This document shows, piece after piece, positions 10,027 to 19,837 of a DNA stretch of 64,000 nt. The stretch comes from Bacteroidales bacterium (GTDB lineage: Bacteria > Bacteroidota > Bacteroidia > Bacteroidales > VadinHA17), in contig JAWOIF010000157.1 of the NCBI GenBank assembly GCA_046484805.1, forward strand, positions 35,000 through 98,999, written 5' to 3'. Within the stretch, counting starts at the first letter, position 1. Every line of letters starts with the position of its first letter. Below the pieces are notes generated by a model that saw only the letters and a list, made by a program, of their open reading frames with translations, did not search any database and was not told the origin of the DNA. The translations under genes were made by a program, and so were the position numbers.

Positions 10027-12066
10027 TTAAAAACTGTTTAGGTCTCTCACGCTTCTTAATGGTATTCTTCTGAATACCAGCCCAGTACGTGCCGGAAGGT
10101 ATATTTTGACATAGAATGGGGCGTTTACCGGGTACCTCCCGCCGGGATGTTCGGCTGCATATATAATGCTTCTGTCGATACGGTTAAAGCCACCGAACCG
10201 TTCGTCGTCGGTATCGAGTACTATTTCAAAGCGTCCTTTTGCCCTGATGCCGTAATCTGACCATGACTTGTCAGGGTGAAAGTTAAATGCAAAAAGAAGA
10301 TCACCCCTCATAAATGAAATTACCTTATCACTGTCATTTTCTGTTGCGGTTTCGATATTAAGTGTTTCGAGGAACCTGAATTTCTGCTGAAGACTTAGCA
10401 TTTCCTCATCGAATAGCCTGAGATAATCAAATTTAAGATCAGGATTATCACTCAGGGACCATTGTCTGCGGGCATGTTTATAGCTCCAGTTGTTACCCTC
10501 CCTGGGGAAATCTATCCATTCGGGATGACCAAACTCGTTACCCATGAAATTAAGGTATCCTCCACCTGCGGTTCCGAAAGTTATAAGTCTGATCATCTTA
10601 TGGAGGGCCATTCCCCTGTCAACCACAAGACTTACACTGCTCTTATTCATTGATGTGTACATCTCTGCGTCGATCATCCTGAAAATAAGAGTTTTATCCC
10701 CCACCAGCGCCTGGTCGTGAGATTCGCAATAACTGATAACCTTTTCTTCCGGTCTCTTTTGCTTAAGTTCATAGAAGAGGCGTCCGGTGCTCCACTGTTC
10801 ATCCGGTACATCCTTGACCAGTTTTATCCAGTAGTCGGGTACGCCCATAGCCATTCTGTAATCGAAGCCATAACCCAAAGTTTCCACAGGCGCAGCAATT
10901 CCGGGCATCCCGCTCATTTCTTCAGCAATTGTAACTGCTGAAGGTTTAACTGTATGAATCAGCTTGTTCGCCAATGCCAGGTAGATAATTGCATCTTCAT
11001 CCTGCCCGCCGTCATAATACTCTTCGTACGAAAGAAAATCCTTGTTGAGCCCGTGATCATAATATATCATGCTGGTTACCCCGTCAAACCTGAAACCGTC
11101 AAAGCGGTATTCATTCAGCCACCAGGCACAGTTTGAAAGCAGGAAATGCAGAACATGGTCCTTTCCATAATCGAAGCAGAGGGAATCCCATGCCTTGTGT
11201 ACCCTTCTCTCTCCGGCATGAAAGTAGAGACCCGGGTTTCCGTCAACGAGAGCAAGACCTTCATTTACATTACTTACCGAGTGGGAGTGGATTATATCCA
11301 TAATAACTCTCAGTCCATATCCATGGGCTGTATCAACCAGTTCCTTAAGCTCTTCCGGTGTTCCGAATCTGGAAGAGACAGCAAAGAAGCTTGAGACATG
11401 ATATCCGAACGAGCCGTAGAAGGGATGCTCCTGTATAGCCATCAGCTGCAGCGTGTTGTATCCTAACCTCGCTATCCTCGGCAGCACACTTTTTGTAAAC
11501 TGCCTGAAGGTTCCTGTATTTTCTTCTTCGCTGGCCATTCCTACGTGTGCTTCGTAGATAAGAGGCGGCCCATCAGGGGGTTTGAAACGGGTGTTTTTCC
11601 ATTGGTAGGCAACTGCCGGTGACCACACCTGTGCCGAGAATATCTTTGTGTCGTCGTCCTGGAAAAGTTTTGAGGCGTAAGAAGGTATTCTCTCTCCGTT
11701 GCCTCCCTTCCAGTTGACGCTTAGCTTGTAAAGATCTCCATGCTTCAGAGCCTCCTCAGGCAGAATAATCTCCCAGTTGCCAGGTTCTCTGGTTTGAGAA
11801 AGGTGGTATTCCTCTGATTCCTTCCAGTCACTGAAGGTTCCTATAAGGTATACTGATGTGGCATTGGGGGCATATTCTCTGAAAACCCAACCGGAATCTG
11901 TCCTGTGAAGACCGTACCAGAGGTACCCCAATGCAAACTCTGTCAGATCCTTTCCCCCGGTAAGGGTTATTTCGCGTGACAAGAATTTACGATAGCGGTT
12001 TTCAATGACGCCGGAATAAGGGCGAAGCCATGAATCTACTGAAAAGAAAGGTTCGGAACCGGCCAT
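10027..12066 (-). CDS. glgB: 1,4-alpha-glucan branching enzyme, eukaryote-like GH13 subfamily
   Basis: 679 aa. GH13 conserved regions are present: VIMDIIHSH, DGFRFDGVTSM, TIAEEMSG, YCESHDQ. It is convergent with the glycogen operon. Confidence 0.9.
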   Translation of the reverse strand: MAGSEPFFSVDSWLRPYSGVIENRYRKFLSREITLTGGKDLTEFALGYLWYGLHRTDSGWVFREYAPNATSVYLIGTFSDWKESEEYHLSQTREPGNWEIILPEEALKHGDLYKLSVNWKGGNGERIPSYASKLFQDDDTKIFSAQVWSPAVAYQWKNTRFKPPDGPPLIYEAHVGMASEEENTGTFRQFTKSVLPRIARLGYNTLQLMAIQEHPFYGSFGYHVSSFFAVSSRFGTPEELKELVDTAHGYGLRVIMDIIHSHSVSNVNEGLALVDGNPGLYFHAGERRVHKAWDSLCFDYGKDHVLHFLLSNCAWWLNEYRFDGFRFDGVTSMIYYDHGLNKDFLSYEEYYDGGQDEDAIIYLALANKLIHTVKPSAVTIAEEMSGMPGIAAPVETLGYGFDYRMAMGVPDYWIKLVKDVPDEQWSTGRLFYELKQKRPEEKVISYCESHDQALVGDKTLIFRMIDAEMYTSMNKSSVSLVVDRGMALHKMIRLITFGTAGGGYLNFMGNEFGHPEWIDFPREGNNWSYKHARRQWSLSDNPDLKFDYLRLFDEEMLSLQQKFRFLETLNIETATENDSDKVISFMRGDLLFAFNFHPDKSWSDYGIRAKGRFEIVLDTDDERFGGFNRIDRSIIYAAEHPGGRYPVNAPFYVKIYLPARTGLVFRRIPLRSVRDLNSF

Positions 12067-12206
12067 GGATAAATTAATTATCAGGATAAAATTAGCACAG
12101 AAAAAACATCTTCCAAACCAGCTACTAAAAAATCAGCACTATAAATCATTATATATCCTGTAAAGGCAAAAAAATATATAACATTATTAAATTTGTCGCG
12201 GAGTTT

Positions 12207-13142
12207 ATGAGAATTTTCGAAATTGATAATGTTTCGGGAATTAAATCCCCGGTAGTTACTATGGGTGCCTTTGACGGTGTCCACCGGGGTCATACTATGC
12301 TTCTTGCCAGGCTTCGCGAAAAGGCCCGTGAGCTTGGAGGAGAGTCTGTCGTCGTTACCTTCAGACCGCATCCAAAACTGGTTCTGGGTAAGTTCAGCAG
12401 CAATATCAGCCTTCTTACAAGCAATGAAGAGAAACTTTTTCTGCTTCGTGAAGCCGGAATTGACAATACAGTTATTCTTGACTTTAACGATGAACTCATT
12501 CAGATGGAAGCCTGTGAATTTATTGAGAAGGTTCTTGCAGGGCGTCTTGGCATGAAGCATCTTGTAGTAGGATTTAACCACCGGTTTGGGAGAGGGGGCA
12601 GCGGTGACTTCAGCGAGATATCAGAGTGCTCAGGTCGCTTTGGATTTGGGGTGGAACGTGTCGGTAGTCTTGAAACCAACCGGGGTGTAATAAGCTCAAC
12701 AGGTATAAGAGAAGCTCTTGCCGGTGGAGACCTGGCCGGTGCTAACGAGATGCTGGGGTACATTTATTTTTTAAGAGGTACGATTGTAGCTGGCCGGCAG
12801 CTTGGACGCTCCATTGGATTTCCGACTGCAAATGTCAGCCCTGACTTTCCGTTCAAGATTCTTCCCGGAGTAGGGGTCTACGCTGTTACAGTCAGATTCA
12901 ACGGCAACCAGTTTGGAGGTATGGCCAATATAGGCTTCAGACCCACTTTCAATGAGATATCGGCTCCAAAATCAGTAGAGGTCCATATATTCAATTTCGA
13001 CCAGCAGATTTACGGTCAGTCAGTTACGCTCTCCTTTCATCACCGTTTAAGAGATGAGATGAAGTTTTCTTCAGCAGAAGACCTGCGGCAACAGTTGATC
13101 GCCGATAAGAAGGAGGCAGAAAGGGTGCTAAAGGGTATATGA
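12207..13142 (+). CDS. ribF: Bifunctional riboflavin kinase / FAD synthetase
   Basis: 311 aa. Contains GAFDGVHRGH (nucleotidyltransferase motif) and a C-terminal riboflavin kinase region (GFPTAN...GMANIGFRPTF...VEVHIF). Confidence 0.92.
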   Translation: MRIFEIDNVSGIKSPVVTMGAFDGVHRGHTMLLARLREKARELGGESVVVTFRPHPKLVLGKFSSNISLLTSNEEKLFLLREAGIDNTVILDFNDELIQMEACEFIEKVLAGRLGMKHLVVGFNHRFGRGGSGDFSEISECSGRFGFGVERVGSLETNRGVISSTGIREALAGGDLAGANEMLGYIYFLRGTIVAGRQLGRSIGFPTANVSPDFPFKILPGVGVYAVTVRFNGNQFGGMANIGFRPTFNEISAPKSVEVHIFNFDQQIYGQSVTLSFHHRLRDEMKFSSAEDLRQQLIADKKEAERVLKGI

Positions 13143-13202
13143 TTTAGTCGGATAACCCTGAAATTTTTGTAAATTTGCACCTTAAATTAAATCACTAATA
13201 TT

Positions 13203-14618
13203 ATGGCAGTAATTGCAGAAGCATTATCATACAAGGTCAGTGACATTTCGCTTGCCTCATTCGGCAGAAAAGAGATTGAGATAGCCGAAATGGAGATGCC
13301 TGGTTTAATGTCGCTAAGAAGGAAATATACATCTTCCAAACCTTTAAAAGGAGCCCGCATAACCGGGTCGCTTCACATGACAATTCAGACAGCAGTGCTG
13401 ATAGAAACCCTTGTAGAACTGGGCGCTGATGTACGCTGGGCGAGTTGTAATATCTTCTCAACTCAGGATCATGCCGCTGCAGCCATCGCTGAAAGAGGTA
13501 TTCCGGTTTTTGCATGGAAGGGAGAGACCCTTGAGGAGTATTGGTGGTGTACTGCCCAGGCTCTTTCATTTCCGGGGGGGAAAGGTCCACATCTGATAGT
13601 TGACGATGGAGGGGATGCTACCCTGATGGTACACAAAGGTTATCAGGCTGAAAATGACCCGTCGTTGCTCGAGATTAAACCTTCCAGCCGTGAAGAGTCG
13701 GTCGTAATTATGACCCTGAAGAATATTTTTAATGAGGATCCTCAGAAGTGGCACCGTGTAGTTGAAGATCTCAGGGGAATTTCAGAGGAGACAACCACTG
13801 GAGTACACAGGCTTTATCAGATGCTTGACGAAGGAAAGCTTCTTGTACCGGCAATAAATGTCAACGATTCGGTTACCAAGTCAAAGTTTGACAACCTTTA
13901 TGGTTGCCGGGAATCGCTCGCTGACGGCATAAAAAGAGCTACTGACGTGATGATAGCCGGCAAAGTGGTTGTCGTTTGCGGTTATGGTGATGTTGGCAAA
14001 GGTTGTGCCCATTCGATGAGAATGTATGGTGCGAGGGTTATTGTTACTGAGATTGATCCGATCTGTGCCCTGCAGGCTGCTATGGAAGGATTTGAGGTTA
14101 AAACCATTGAGGAGTCTCTGACAGAAGGTAACATTTACGTAACTGCTACGGGTAACCTTAATGTCATTACTGTTGAGCATATGGCTGCAATGAAGGATCA
14201 GGCTATTGTCTGCAATATTGGCCATTTCGATAACGAAATTCAAATGGACCGGCTTGAGATATGGCCGGGCATAGAAAGGATGAATATCAAACCCCAGGTT
14301 GATAAATACATTTTTCCTGATGGTCACGCCATCTTCATATTGGCGGAAGGCAGGCTTGTGAATCTGGGATGTGCAACCGGACACCCTTCTTTTGTAATGA
14401 GCAACTCATTCAGCAACCAGACGCTTGCCCAGCTTGACCTCTGGGAAAATCATTATGAAGTTGGTGTTTACAGGCTTTCAAAGCAACTTGATGAGGAGGT
14501 TGCGAGACTGCATCTTGAACAGCTTGGGGTTAAGCTTACAACACTGACCGACGAGCAGGCCGCATACATTGGTATTCCTGTAAAAGGCCCGTTTAAGCCT
14601 GATCATTACCGTTATTAA
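13203..14618 (+). CDS. ahcY: Adenosylhomocysteinase
   Basis: 471 aa. Contains the MPGLM motif, [21 protein letters not shown] and the NAD-binding [14 protein letters not shown] motif. Full-length family match by eye. Confidence 0.95.
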   Translation: MAVIAEALSYKVSDISLASFGRKEIEIAEMEMPGLMSLRRKYTSSKPLKGARITGSLHMTIQTAVLIETLVELGADVRWASCNIFSTQDHAAAAIAERGIPVFAWKGETLEEYWWCTAQALSFPGGKGPHLIVDDGGDATLMVHKGYQAENDPSLLEIKPSSREESVVIMTLKNIFNEDPQKWHRVVEDLRGISEETTTGVHRLYQMLDEGKLLVPAINVNDSVTKSKFDNLYGCRESLADGIKRATDVMIAGKVVVVCGYGDVGKGCAHSMRMYGARVIVTEIDPICALQAAMEGFEVKTIEESLTEGNIYVTATGNLNVITVEHMAAMKDQAIVCNIGHFDNEIQMDRLEIWPGIERMNIKPQVDKYIFPDGHAIFILAEGRLVNLGCATGHPSFVMSNSFSNQTLAQLDLWENHYEVGVYRLSKQLDEEVARLHLEQLGVKLTTLTDEQAAYIGIPVKGPFKPDHYRY

Positions 14619-14632
14619 ACCAGGGCGCCGGT

Positions 14633-15112
14633 TCAGTATTTATTCCAGACGGTTATAATCGGGGATGTGAAACTTACCTTGTAGTTCTTTAATGGGTATT
14701 TGCCTGGCCCTGACGAAGGTGTGCCGAATGAGGGAAGTGCGTAGTTTGTACTGCAATCGGGACAGACAGCGTAAATGCCATCAACGTTTACTGCAACGGC
14801 TTTTCCGCTGGTTACAAAATCGTGGGGACATGTGCGGTCGAAAGCAAGGAACTCCCACATTGTTGCATGATAAATAATAATACCATTACCGGAATATCCG
14901 GCGGCAGGGTAACCGATGTTATTTGTTGATGCGTTTACCAGAGCATGATTGCCCGGAGCTGACAGATCAGCGAATTCAGGATCGTTGAGCGATATCGAGA
15001 AATTGACGTATTCATCAGGTATAACGTCATTTTTATTACGTTCGCAACCCGTCACAGCAATCAACAGGATAGCCGTTAATAAAAAAATATGTAAATTTGA
15101 GGCTGTTCGCAT
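14633..15112 (-). CDS. Hypothetical lipoprotein with Rieske-like C-x-H ... C-x-x-C motif
   Basis: I prefer the ATG at 15112 over the TTG at 15133. Signal plus lipobox (LLIAVTGC). The C-terminal half contains AFDRTCPHDF-x-AVCPDCSTNY, which resembles a Rieske fold with the second His replaced by Cys. Confidence 0.55.
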   Translation of the reverse strand: MRTASNLHIFLLTAILLIAVTGCERNKNDVIPDEYVNFSISLNDPEFADLSAPGNHALVNASTNNIGYPAAGYSGNGIIIYHATMWEFLAFDRTCPHDFVTSGKAVAVNVDGIYAVCPDCSTNYALPSFGTPSSGPGKYPLKNYKVSFTSPIITVWNKY

Positions 15113-15192
15113 GCAAGGGTGTTTCTTTTGCAAAGATATCTACTCTGGAGGTATGAACGTGAATTTTTGATTATTATTACATGAAATAGCTG

Positions 15193-15558
15193 ATGAAGAG
15201 GATATTGACAAGAATAGCACCCCTGGTTCTGATATTACTTGCATTTTCGGTGAATGATACTATGGCACAGGCATATAAGCCCCGGCCATTCAAGAAGGTG
15301 AAAACAAAAGAGACCAAAGTTAAGGAACCAAGGGCTGTCGTAAAGGCCAAAAAGGAGCAGGATAAAAACCAGAGAAAGCTTAAAAAACAGGAGAAAAAGG
15401 CAATTATAGATGGCAAAAAGCGTCATTTTCAGATACAGCCGGCCAGCGTAAAGGAACGTATGAAACAAAATGAGAAGGAGATAGCACTGCGTGAAAAGAG
15501 CAGACAGAAGAATATTAAAAAAGCCTCACGGGCGGCAGCAAAAAAATATAAACAGTGA
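15193..15558 (+). CDS. Secreted, extremely Lys-rich small protein (hypothetical)
   Basis: 121 aa. N-terminal signal peptide (LVLILLAFSVNDTMAQA), followed by K/E/Q/R low-complexity sequence. No family recognised. Confidence 0.5.
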   Translation: MKRILTRIAPLVLILLAFSVNDTMAQAYKPRPFKKVKTKETKVKEPRAVVKAKKEQDKNQRKLKKQEKKAIIDGKKRHFQIQPASVKERMKQNEKEIALREKSRQKNIKKASRAAAKKYKQ

Positions 15559-15564
15559 AACACC

Positions 15565-16092
15565 ATGGAAGAAGAAAAGGGATTCGGTAATATTATTTTC
15601 TACATTATTCTGGGAATAATTGCCATAGTCAGTTCAATCAAGGGAAAAAAGAAGCAGCAACCAGAAGTTCCGGGAGGCTCAAAACCATCTGAGACCGGAC
15701 GTAGCTACTTCCCTGATGAACTCTTTGATGATGAAGAAGATGAGTCTGCTCCTGAAAGAGGGTACTGGGAAGAGACAAATCGCAAAGAACCTGTCATTGA
15801 TGCTCCCGGCCGTACAGCTGCGGCATATTCGCAAGAATTGGAAGGTAGATATGAAGAACCAATGGCCGGGAAGTTTGCCAATGAAGGAGTCTCAGCTCTT
15901 GACCATCAGGCAACAGCAAGAAGATTCGAAGAACTGCTTAAGGAGCCTTCAATACATGACGGCTTTGACTGGAATGAATCGGAGCAGGAGACTGAAGATG
16001 AGACAAGCTTTAATATTGACCGGCTTTCAGAAGAGTTTGACGCCCGTCAGGCAGTTATCTTTTCTGAGATCATTAGCAGAAAAGAGTATTAA
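15565..16092 (+). CDS. Membrane-anchored acidic protein (hypothetical)
   Basis: 175 aa. It starts 7 nt after the preceding gene. One N-terminal TM helix (IIFYIILGIIAIVSSI) is followed by an Asp/Glu-rich region. No family recognised. Confidence 0.5.
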   Translation: MEEEKGFGNIIFYIILGIIAIVSSIKGKKKQQPEVPGGSKPSETGRSYFPDELFDDEEDESAPERGYWEETNRKEPVIDAPGRTAAAYSQELEGRYEEPMAGKFANEGVSALDHQATARRFEELLKEPSIHDGFDWNESEQETEDETSFNIDRLSEEFDARQAVIFSEIISRKEY

Positions 16093-16126
16093 CAGACAAT
16101 GATTTAACCCGGTTTTTAACCGGTAT

Positions 16127-16157
16127 TTTGTTTTTTCGTAAAGAAATTATATATTTG
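16127..16157 (+). promoter_or_regulatory. Bacteroidota sigma-A type promoter upstream of greA (-33 TTTG / -7 TATATTTG)
   Basis: TTTG at 16127-16130, a 19-nt spacer, then TAnnTTTG at 16150-16157. This lies 65 nt upstream of the greA ATG. Confidence 0.55.
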
Positions 16158-16221
16158 TAGATATACGAAGAGTTCCGACCAGTTCGGGATTCTTCTTGTT
16201 TTTAATGCAGAGAAGAGAGAT

Positions 16222-16695
16222 ATGGCAGACATTATTTACGTGACAGAAGAGGGTCTTCAGAAACTTAAGGATGATCTTGAGCAATTGAGAGGTATCGAGA
16301 GGCCTAGTATATCGGCTCACATTGCGGAAGCAAGGGATAAGGGCGATCTTTCTGAGAACGCAGAATATGCTGCTGCCAAGGAAGCCCAGGGCATGCTGGA
16401 GCTGAAAATTGCCAAACTGGAGGACCTGATTTCAAAAGCAAGAGTGATTGATGAATCAAAGATAGGAACCTCATCAGTGAAGATACTTAACAAGGTCAAA
16501 ATAAAAAACCGCAAGACAAACTCTGTGATGGAATACCAGCTGGTTCCCGAAAGTGAAGCCGATCTGAAGCAGGGTAAAATTGCCGTTGGTTCGCCGATAG
16601 CGCAGGGACTCATAGGCCGCAAGGTTGGAGAGGTGGTTGACATTACGGTCCCCTCCGGTGTCCTTCAGTTCGAGATAATGAACATTTCTCTTTAA
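16222..16695 (+). CDS. greA: Transcription elongation factor GreA
   Basis: 157 aa. Contains the coiled-coil N-domain with ARDKGDLSENAEYAAAKE and a typical C-terminal domain. Confidence 0.95.
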   Translation: MADIIYVTEEGLQKLKDDLEQLRGIERPSISAHIAEARDKGDLSENAEYAAAKEAQGMLELKIAKLEDLISKARVIDESKIGTSSVKILNKVKIKNRKTNSVMEYQLVPESEADLKQGKIAVGSPIAQGLIGRKVGEVVDITVPSGVLQFEIMNISL

Positions 16696-16706
16696 TATCA
16701 CTCGAT

Positions 16707-17111
16707 ATGGCAACAATATTTACCAAAATCATCAACGGAGATATCCCCTGCTACAGGGTTGCCGAAAACTACAAGTTCATAGCTTTCCTCGACATAAATC
16801 CACTGCGAGAGGGACATACACTTATCGTCCCCAAAAAGGAGATAGATTATTTCTTCGACCTCGATGAGGAGACCTTATCTGAAATCATGGTATTTGCCCG
16901 AAGGGTTTCGGTTGCCATAAGGGAGGTTATTCCATGTAACCGTATTGGTGTCGTTGTGCTTGGCCTTGAGGTGCCTCATGCACATATCCATCTTATTCCG
17001 ATGGACCGTGAAGGTGACATCAGCTTTACAAATCCGCGCCTGAAACTTACTCCTGATCGTTTCACTGAGATTGCAGCACTGATAGAAGAGAAGGTCAATC
17101 TGCGGGACTGA
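16707..17111 (+). CDS. HIT (histidine triad) family protein
   Basis: 134 aa. Contains the histidine triad HAHIHLIP and the N-terminal CxFC-like IFTKIINGDIPCY region. Confidence 0.9.
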   Translation: MATIFTKIINGDIPCYRVAENYKFIAFLDINPLREGHTLIVPKKEIDYFFDLDEETLSEIMVFARRVSVAIREVIPCNRIGVVVLGLEVPHAHIHLIPMDREGDISFTNPRLKLTPDRFTEIAALIEEKVNLRD

Positions 17112-17171
17112 TAAATTGCAACCTTACATTTTCTTTATTATCTTGGCGGAAGTGGAAATTACTCTCGCTTT

Positions 17172-17879
17172 ATGAACATTGCAGCCTCGTTGGCCGATGA
17201 TCTCTTTTCGTTATTGTTCCCGCGTCTGTGCCATGCATGTGGTGATCACCTGGTACGGAATGAGAATGTTATCTGTACAGGATGCCGGGTGGCAATACCT
17301 AAAACAGGGTTTGAGGCGGTAAGAGACAACTTTGTTGAAAAACTCTTCTGGGGCAGATGCAGACTTGAAAAGGCAACGGCTCTTGCATTCTATATCAAGG
17401 GAGGTAAAATGAGCAGGCTGGTCTACAGGCTGAAGTATGACGGCTACCGGGAAATAGGTGCTGAGATGGGCAGGATGCTTGCTGTCTCTTTAATGTCGGC
17501 CGGGTTCCTTGATGATATTGATTGTCTGGTTCCGGTACCACTCCACCCGGCCAGGGAAAGAAAGAGAGGTTTTAATCAGAGTCTCATAATTGCTGAAGGG
17601 TTATCATCACTATCAGGTATAGAGATTGTGTCAGGAAGCCTGGTGCGAATATGTGGGGCTGATACCCAGACTGTCAGGTCAAGAACCGAGAGGTGGAGAA
17701 ATGTTGAGGGTATTTTCGCTGTAAAAAATGAAGATGAATTACTCCACCGGCATGTCCTGCTTGTCGATGATGTAATAACCACGGGGTCGACCATTGACGC
17801 ATGCTATGCCGCACTCTCCGGTATTCAGGGAATCAGGGTCAGCGCAGCATCACTGGCTGTAGCCATGGCTATAGTATGA
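17172..17879 (+). CDS. comF: ComF family protein (phosphoribosyltransferase domain)
   Basis: 235 aa. N-terminal Cys pairs (CHACG...CTGC) and a C-terminal PRTase motif (VLLVDDVITTGST). Confidence 0.85.
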   Translation: MNIAASLADDLFSLLFPRLCHACGDHLVRNENVICTGCRVAIPKTGFEAVRDNFVEKLFWGRCRLEKATALAFYIKGGKMSRLVYRLKYDGYREIGAEMGRMLAVSLMSAGFLDDIDCLVPVPLHPARERKRGFNQSLIIAEGLSSLSGIEIVSGSLVRICGADTQTVRSRTERWRNVEGIFAVKNEDELLHRHVLLVDDVITTGSTIDACYAALSGIQGIRVSAASLAVAMAIV

Positions 17880-17887
17880 TTACAGGG

Positions 17888-18460
17888 TTAGCGATCGTTA
17901 CCTGAGATTCTGCCGGGATTCTTTCCTATGAAGTCTTTCCATCCGCTGTAGCCTTTACCCGACACCGGCCTGTTACTCTGGTAAAAATGACAGAGAGCGG
18001 CACCGAGAGCGTCGGTAGCATCCAGAAGTACCTCCTGTTCATGGAAGTTGAGGATATGCATGAGCATACCGGCAACCTGCTCCTTTGATGCAGCCCCTCT
18101 TCCTGTGATTGACAGCTTTATCTTACGTGGAGCATATTCAAAGACGGGGACAGACCGGTAAAGGGCTGCAGCTATGGCTGCACCTTGTGCTCTTCCCAGC
18201 TTGAGCATCGATTGTATATTTTTACCGTAGAAAGGAGCTTCGATTGCCAGCTCATCAGGATGGTATTTGTCAATCAGTTCAAGCGTGGCCTCAAATATCT
18301 TCCTGATTCTTAGAAAATGGTCATCGGAGCGCAACAACTCTATCACTCCCATTGTAACCAGTGCGGGAGAATTGCCCTTTACACGGATAATACCGTAGCC
18401 CGTTGCAGATGTGCCCGGGTCTATGCCCAGTATTATCCTATCCTGTAGGGCAGTGCTCAA
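17888..18460 (-). CDS. ruvC: Crossover junction endodeoxyribonuclease RuvC
   Basis: 190 aa. ILGIDPGTSATGYG at the N-terminus plus the conserved acidic residues. Full-length match by eye. Confidence 0.93.
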   Translation of the reverse strand: MSTALQDRIILGIDPGTSATGYGIIRVKGNSPALVTMGVIELLRSDDHFLRIRKIFEATLELIDKYHPDELAIEAPFYGKNIQSMLKLGRAQGAAIAAALYRSVPVFEYAPRKIKLSITGRGAASKEQVAGMLMHILNFHEQEVLLDATDALGAALCHFYQSNRPVSGKGYSGWKDFIGKNPGRISGNDR

Positions 18461-19780
18461 TTATTTAACTGTTCCGGGATGTCTGATAAAAAAGTTCTTC
18501 TGCCAGTCGGGCCTTTCGTCGACTGTAATTGTCGGTTTGTATTCATACATCCGGCCAGTCTTGGTGCCCCCTGACTCCAGATACTCTATCGCAGCCTTCA
18601 GGCTAAGCTCATCAGGGTCGCCGAAATCACGGGTAATATCATCAGGAGAATACTGATGGGGAAAGAAACCAAGGAAATAGTCCCCATAGTTATCAGCGTT
18701 TACCAGCTGGAAGGTAACGGGTGCAAATACATAAAGCTTTTTATCTTCGGTAAAGGCATACATCCCGACGGGCTTACCATTGGTTGTGTCACCAAAACAC
18801 TTTACATCGACATATGGCATCAGCCCGTTAATGATATTCTCACTGGCTGAGGCAGTTTCTCTTGTTGTAATGACAGCCATCCTGTTGATGTTCAGCGAGT
18901 AACCGGTAGTTTTAAGCAATACAGACTCATCTTCTGTTGTCTTTTTGTCATTATGCCTGGCTTTGATAAATATGTTTCCTGCTTCTGAATTGCCTGCAAT
19001 GTAGCTCGCCAGGTCGATAGCAACATCGAGCATACCCCCGGAGTTGTATCTGAGGTCGATTATCAGGTCTTTTATCTGGTTGTTGATGAAGAGAGCGAAC
19101 GCATCCTCCAGTTCCCTGAATGAAGGCTCTATGAATGCCTCAAATGCCAGGTATCCGGTTTTGCCGGAAGAAAGATCGAGAATGTCATACTTAAGTACGC
19201 TATTAACCTGAAACTGCTCTTTTGCAGAGGAGATGGTCACATCGTCACCTTCCGGGGTCGTAAATACAAATGTATTGACAATGCCCGGCTGTCTGAGACC
19301 CATTACCGCATCATACTCAGCGTATTTACCTTCAGCCAGTAATGCAGCAATATCTGTTCCGTTCACCGATTTTACTATCCATCCTCTTCTTACTCCCTCG
19401 GGATATAGGGGTGACCTCTCATATATCATTGCTATTCTTGCCTTTAATGTTGTATCAAGGCCTATCCTGATACCATGACCGGCGAAGGTGCCTTCATAAT
19501 ACGACGTAAAAGACTCGTAATCTGTCACAAAGCTCCATCTGTCGGCAGGCCGGTATCTCATTGCATTAAGGAGGGTATAGGGGTCTTCATAATCATTCTT
19601 TACCACAGTTGGCATATCCTTATACCAGAAGTACCATTCACCCATCAGGTTATAGAGAATATCCCGGGCTCTCATATCTTCAGTATAGGTCGGCTCATCA
19701 TCTATCGGATCGACCTTTTTTTCACAAGCTGTCAGGATAATAGCTGAGGTTATCAGCAGAAATATAATTTGCTTTTTCAT
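18461..19780 (-). CDS. S41 family peptidase lipoprotein
   Basis: 439 aa. Lipobox (IILTAC). Contains an S41 catalytic-region motif (TRETASASENIINGL) and the DLRYNSGG motif. Its stop abuts the ruvC start. Confidence 0.8.
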   Translation of the reverse strand: MKKQIIFLLITSAIILTACEKKVDPIDDEPTYTEDMRARDILYNLMGEWYFWYKDMPTVVKNDYEDPYTLLNAMRYRPADRWSFVTDYESFTSYYEGTFAGHGIRIGLDTTLKARIAMIYERSPLYPEGVRRGWIVKSVNGTDIAALLAEGKYAEYDAVMGLRQPGIVNTFVFTTPEGDDVTISSAKEQFQVNSVLKYDILDLSSGKTGYLAFEAFIEPSFRELEDAFALFINNQIKDLIIDLRYNSGGMLDVAIDLASYIAGNSEAGNIFIKARHNDKKTTEDESVLLKTTGYSLNINRMAVITTRETASASENIINGLMPYVDVKCFGDTTNGKPVGMYAFTEDKKLYVFAPVTFQLVNADNYGDYFLGFFPHQYSPDDITRDFGDPDELSLKAAIEYLESGGTKTGRMYEYKPTITVDERPDWQKNFFIRHPGTVK

Positions 19781-19837
19781 CTTATGATTATTATTAATTA
19801 ATACAAAGTTACAATTATCTTATAACCAATAAACAAA

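Noticed and set aside
12081-12581. 166-aa minus-strand ORF across the glgB/ribF intergenic region and the ribF 5' end
   Set aside because: It is antisense to the well-supported ribF and runs through the divergent promoter region. No family signal.
13143-13202. Possible SAH riboswitch upstream of ahcY, and an Mg2+ riboswitch upstream of mgtE
   Set aside because: The ahcY leader is only 60 nt and mostly taken up by a TAAATTTG -7 box. The mgtE start overlaps rsmA, leaving no leader at all.
15716-16102. 128-aa alternative-frame ORF overlapping the 15565-16092 gene
   Set aside because: It is on the same strand but in a different frame. It lacks an N-terminal anchor and starts internally. The 175-aa frame has an ATG 7 nt after the upstream gene and a TM helix, so that frame was kept, though both calls are low-confidence.
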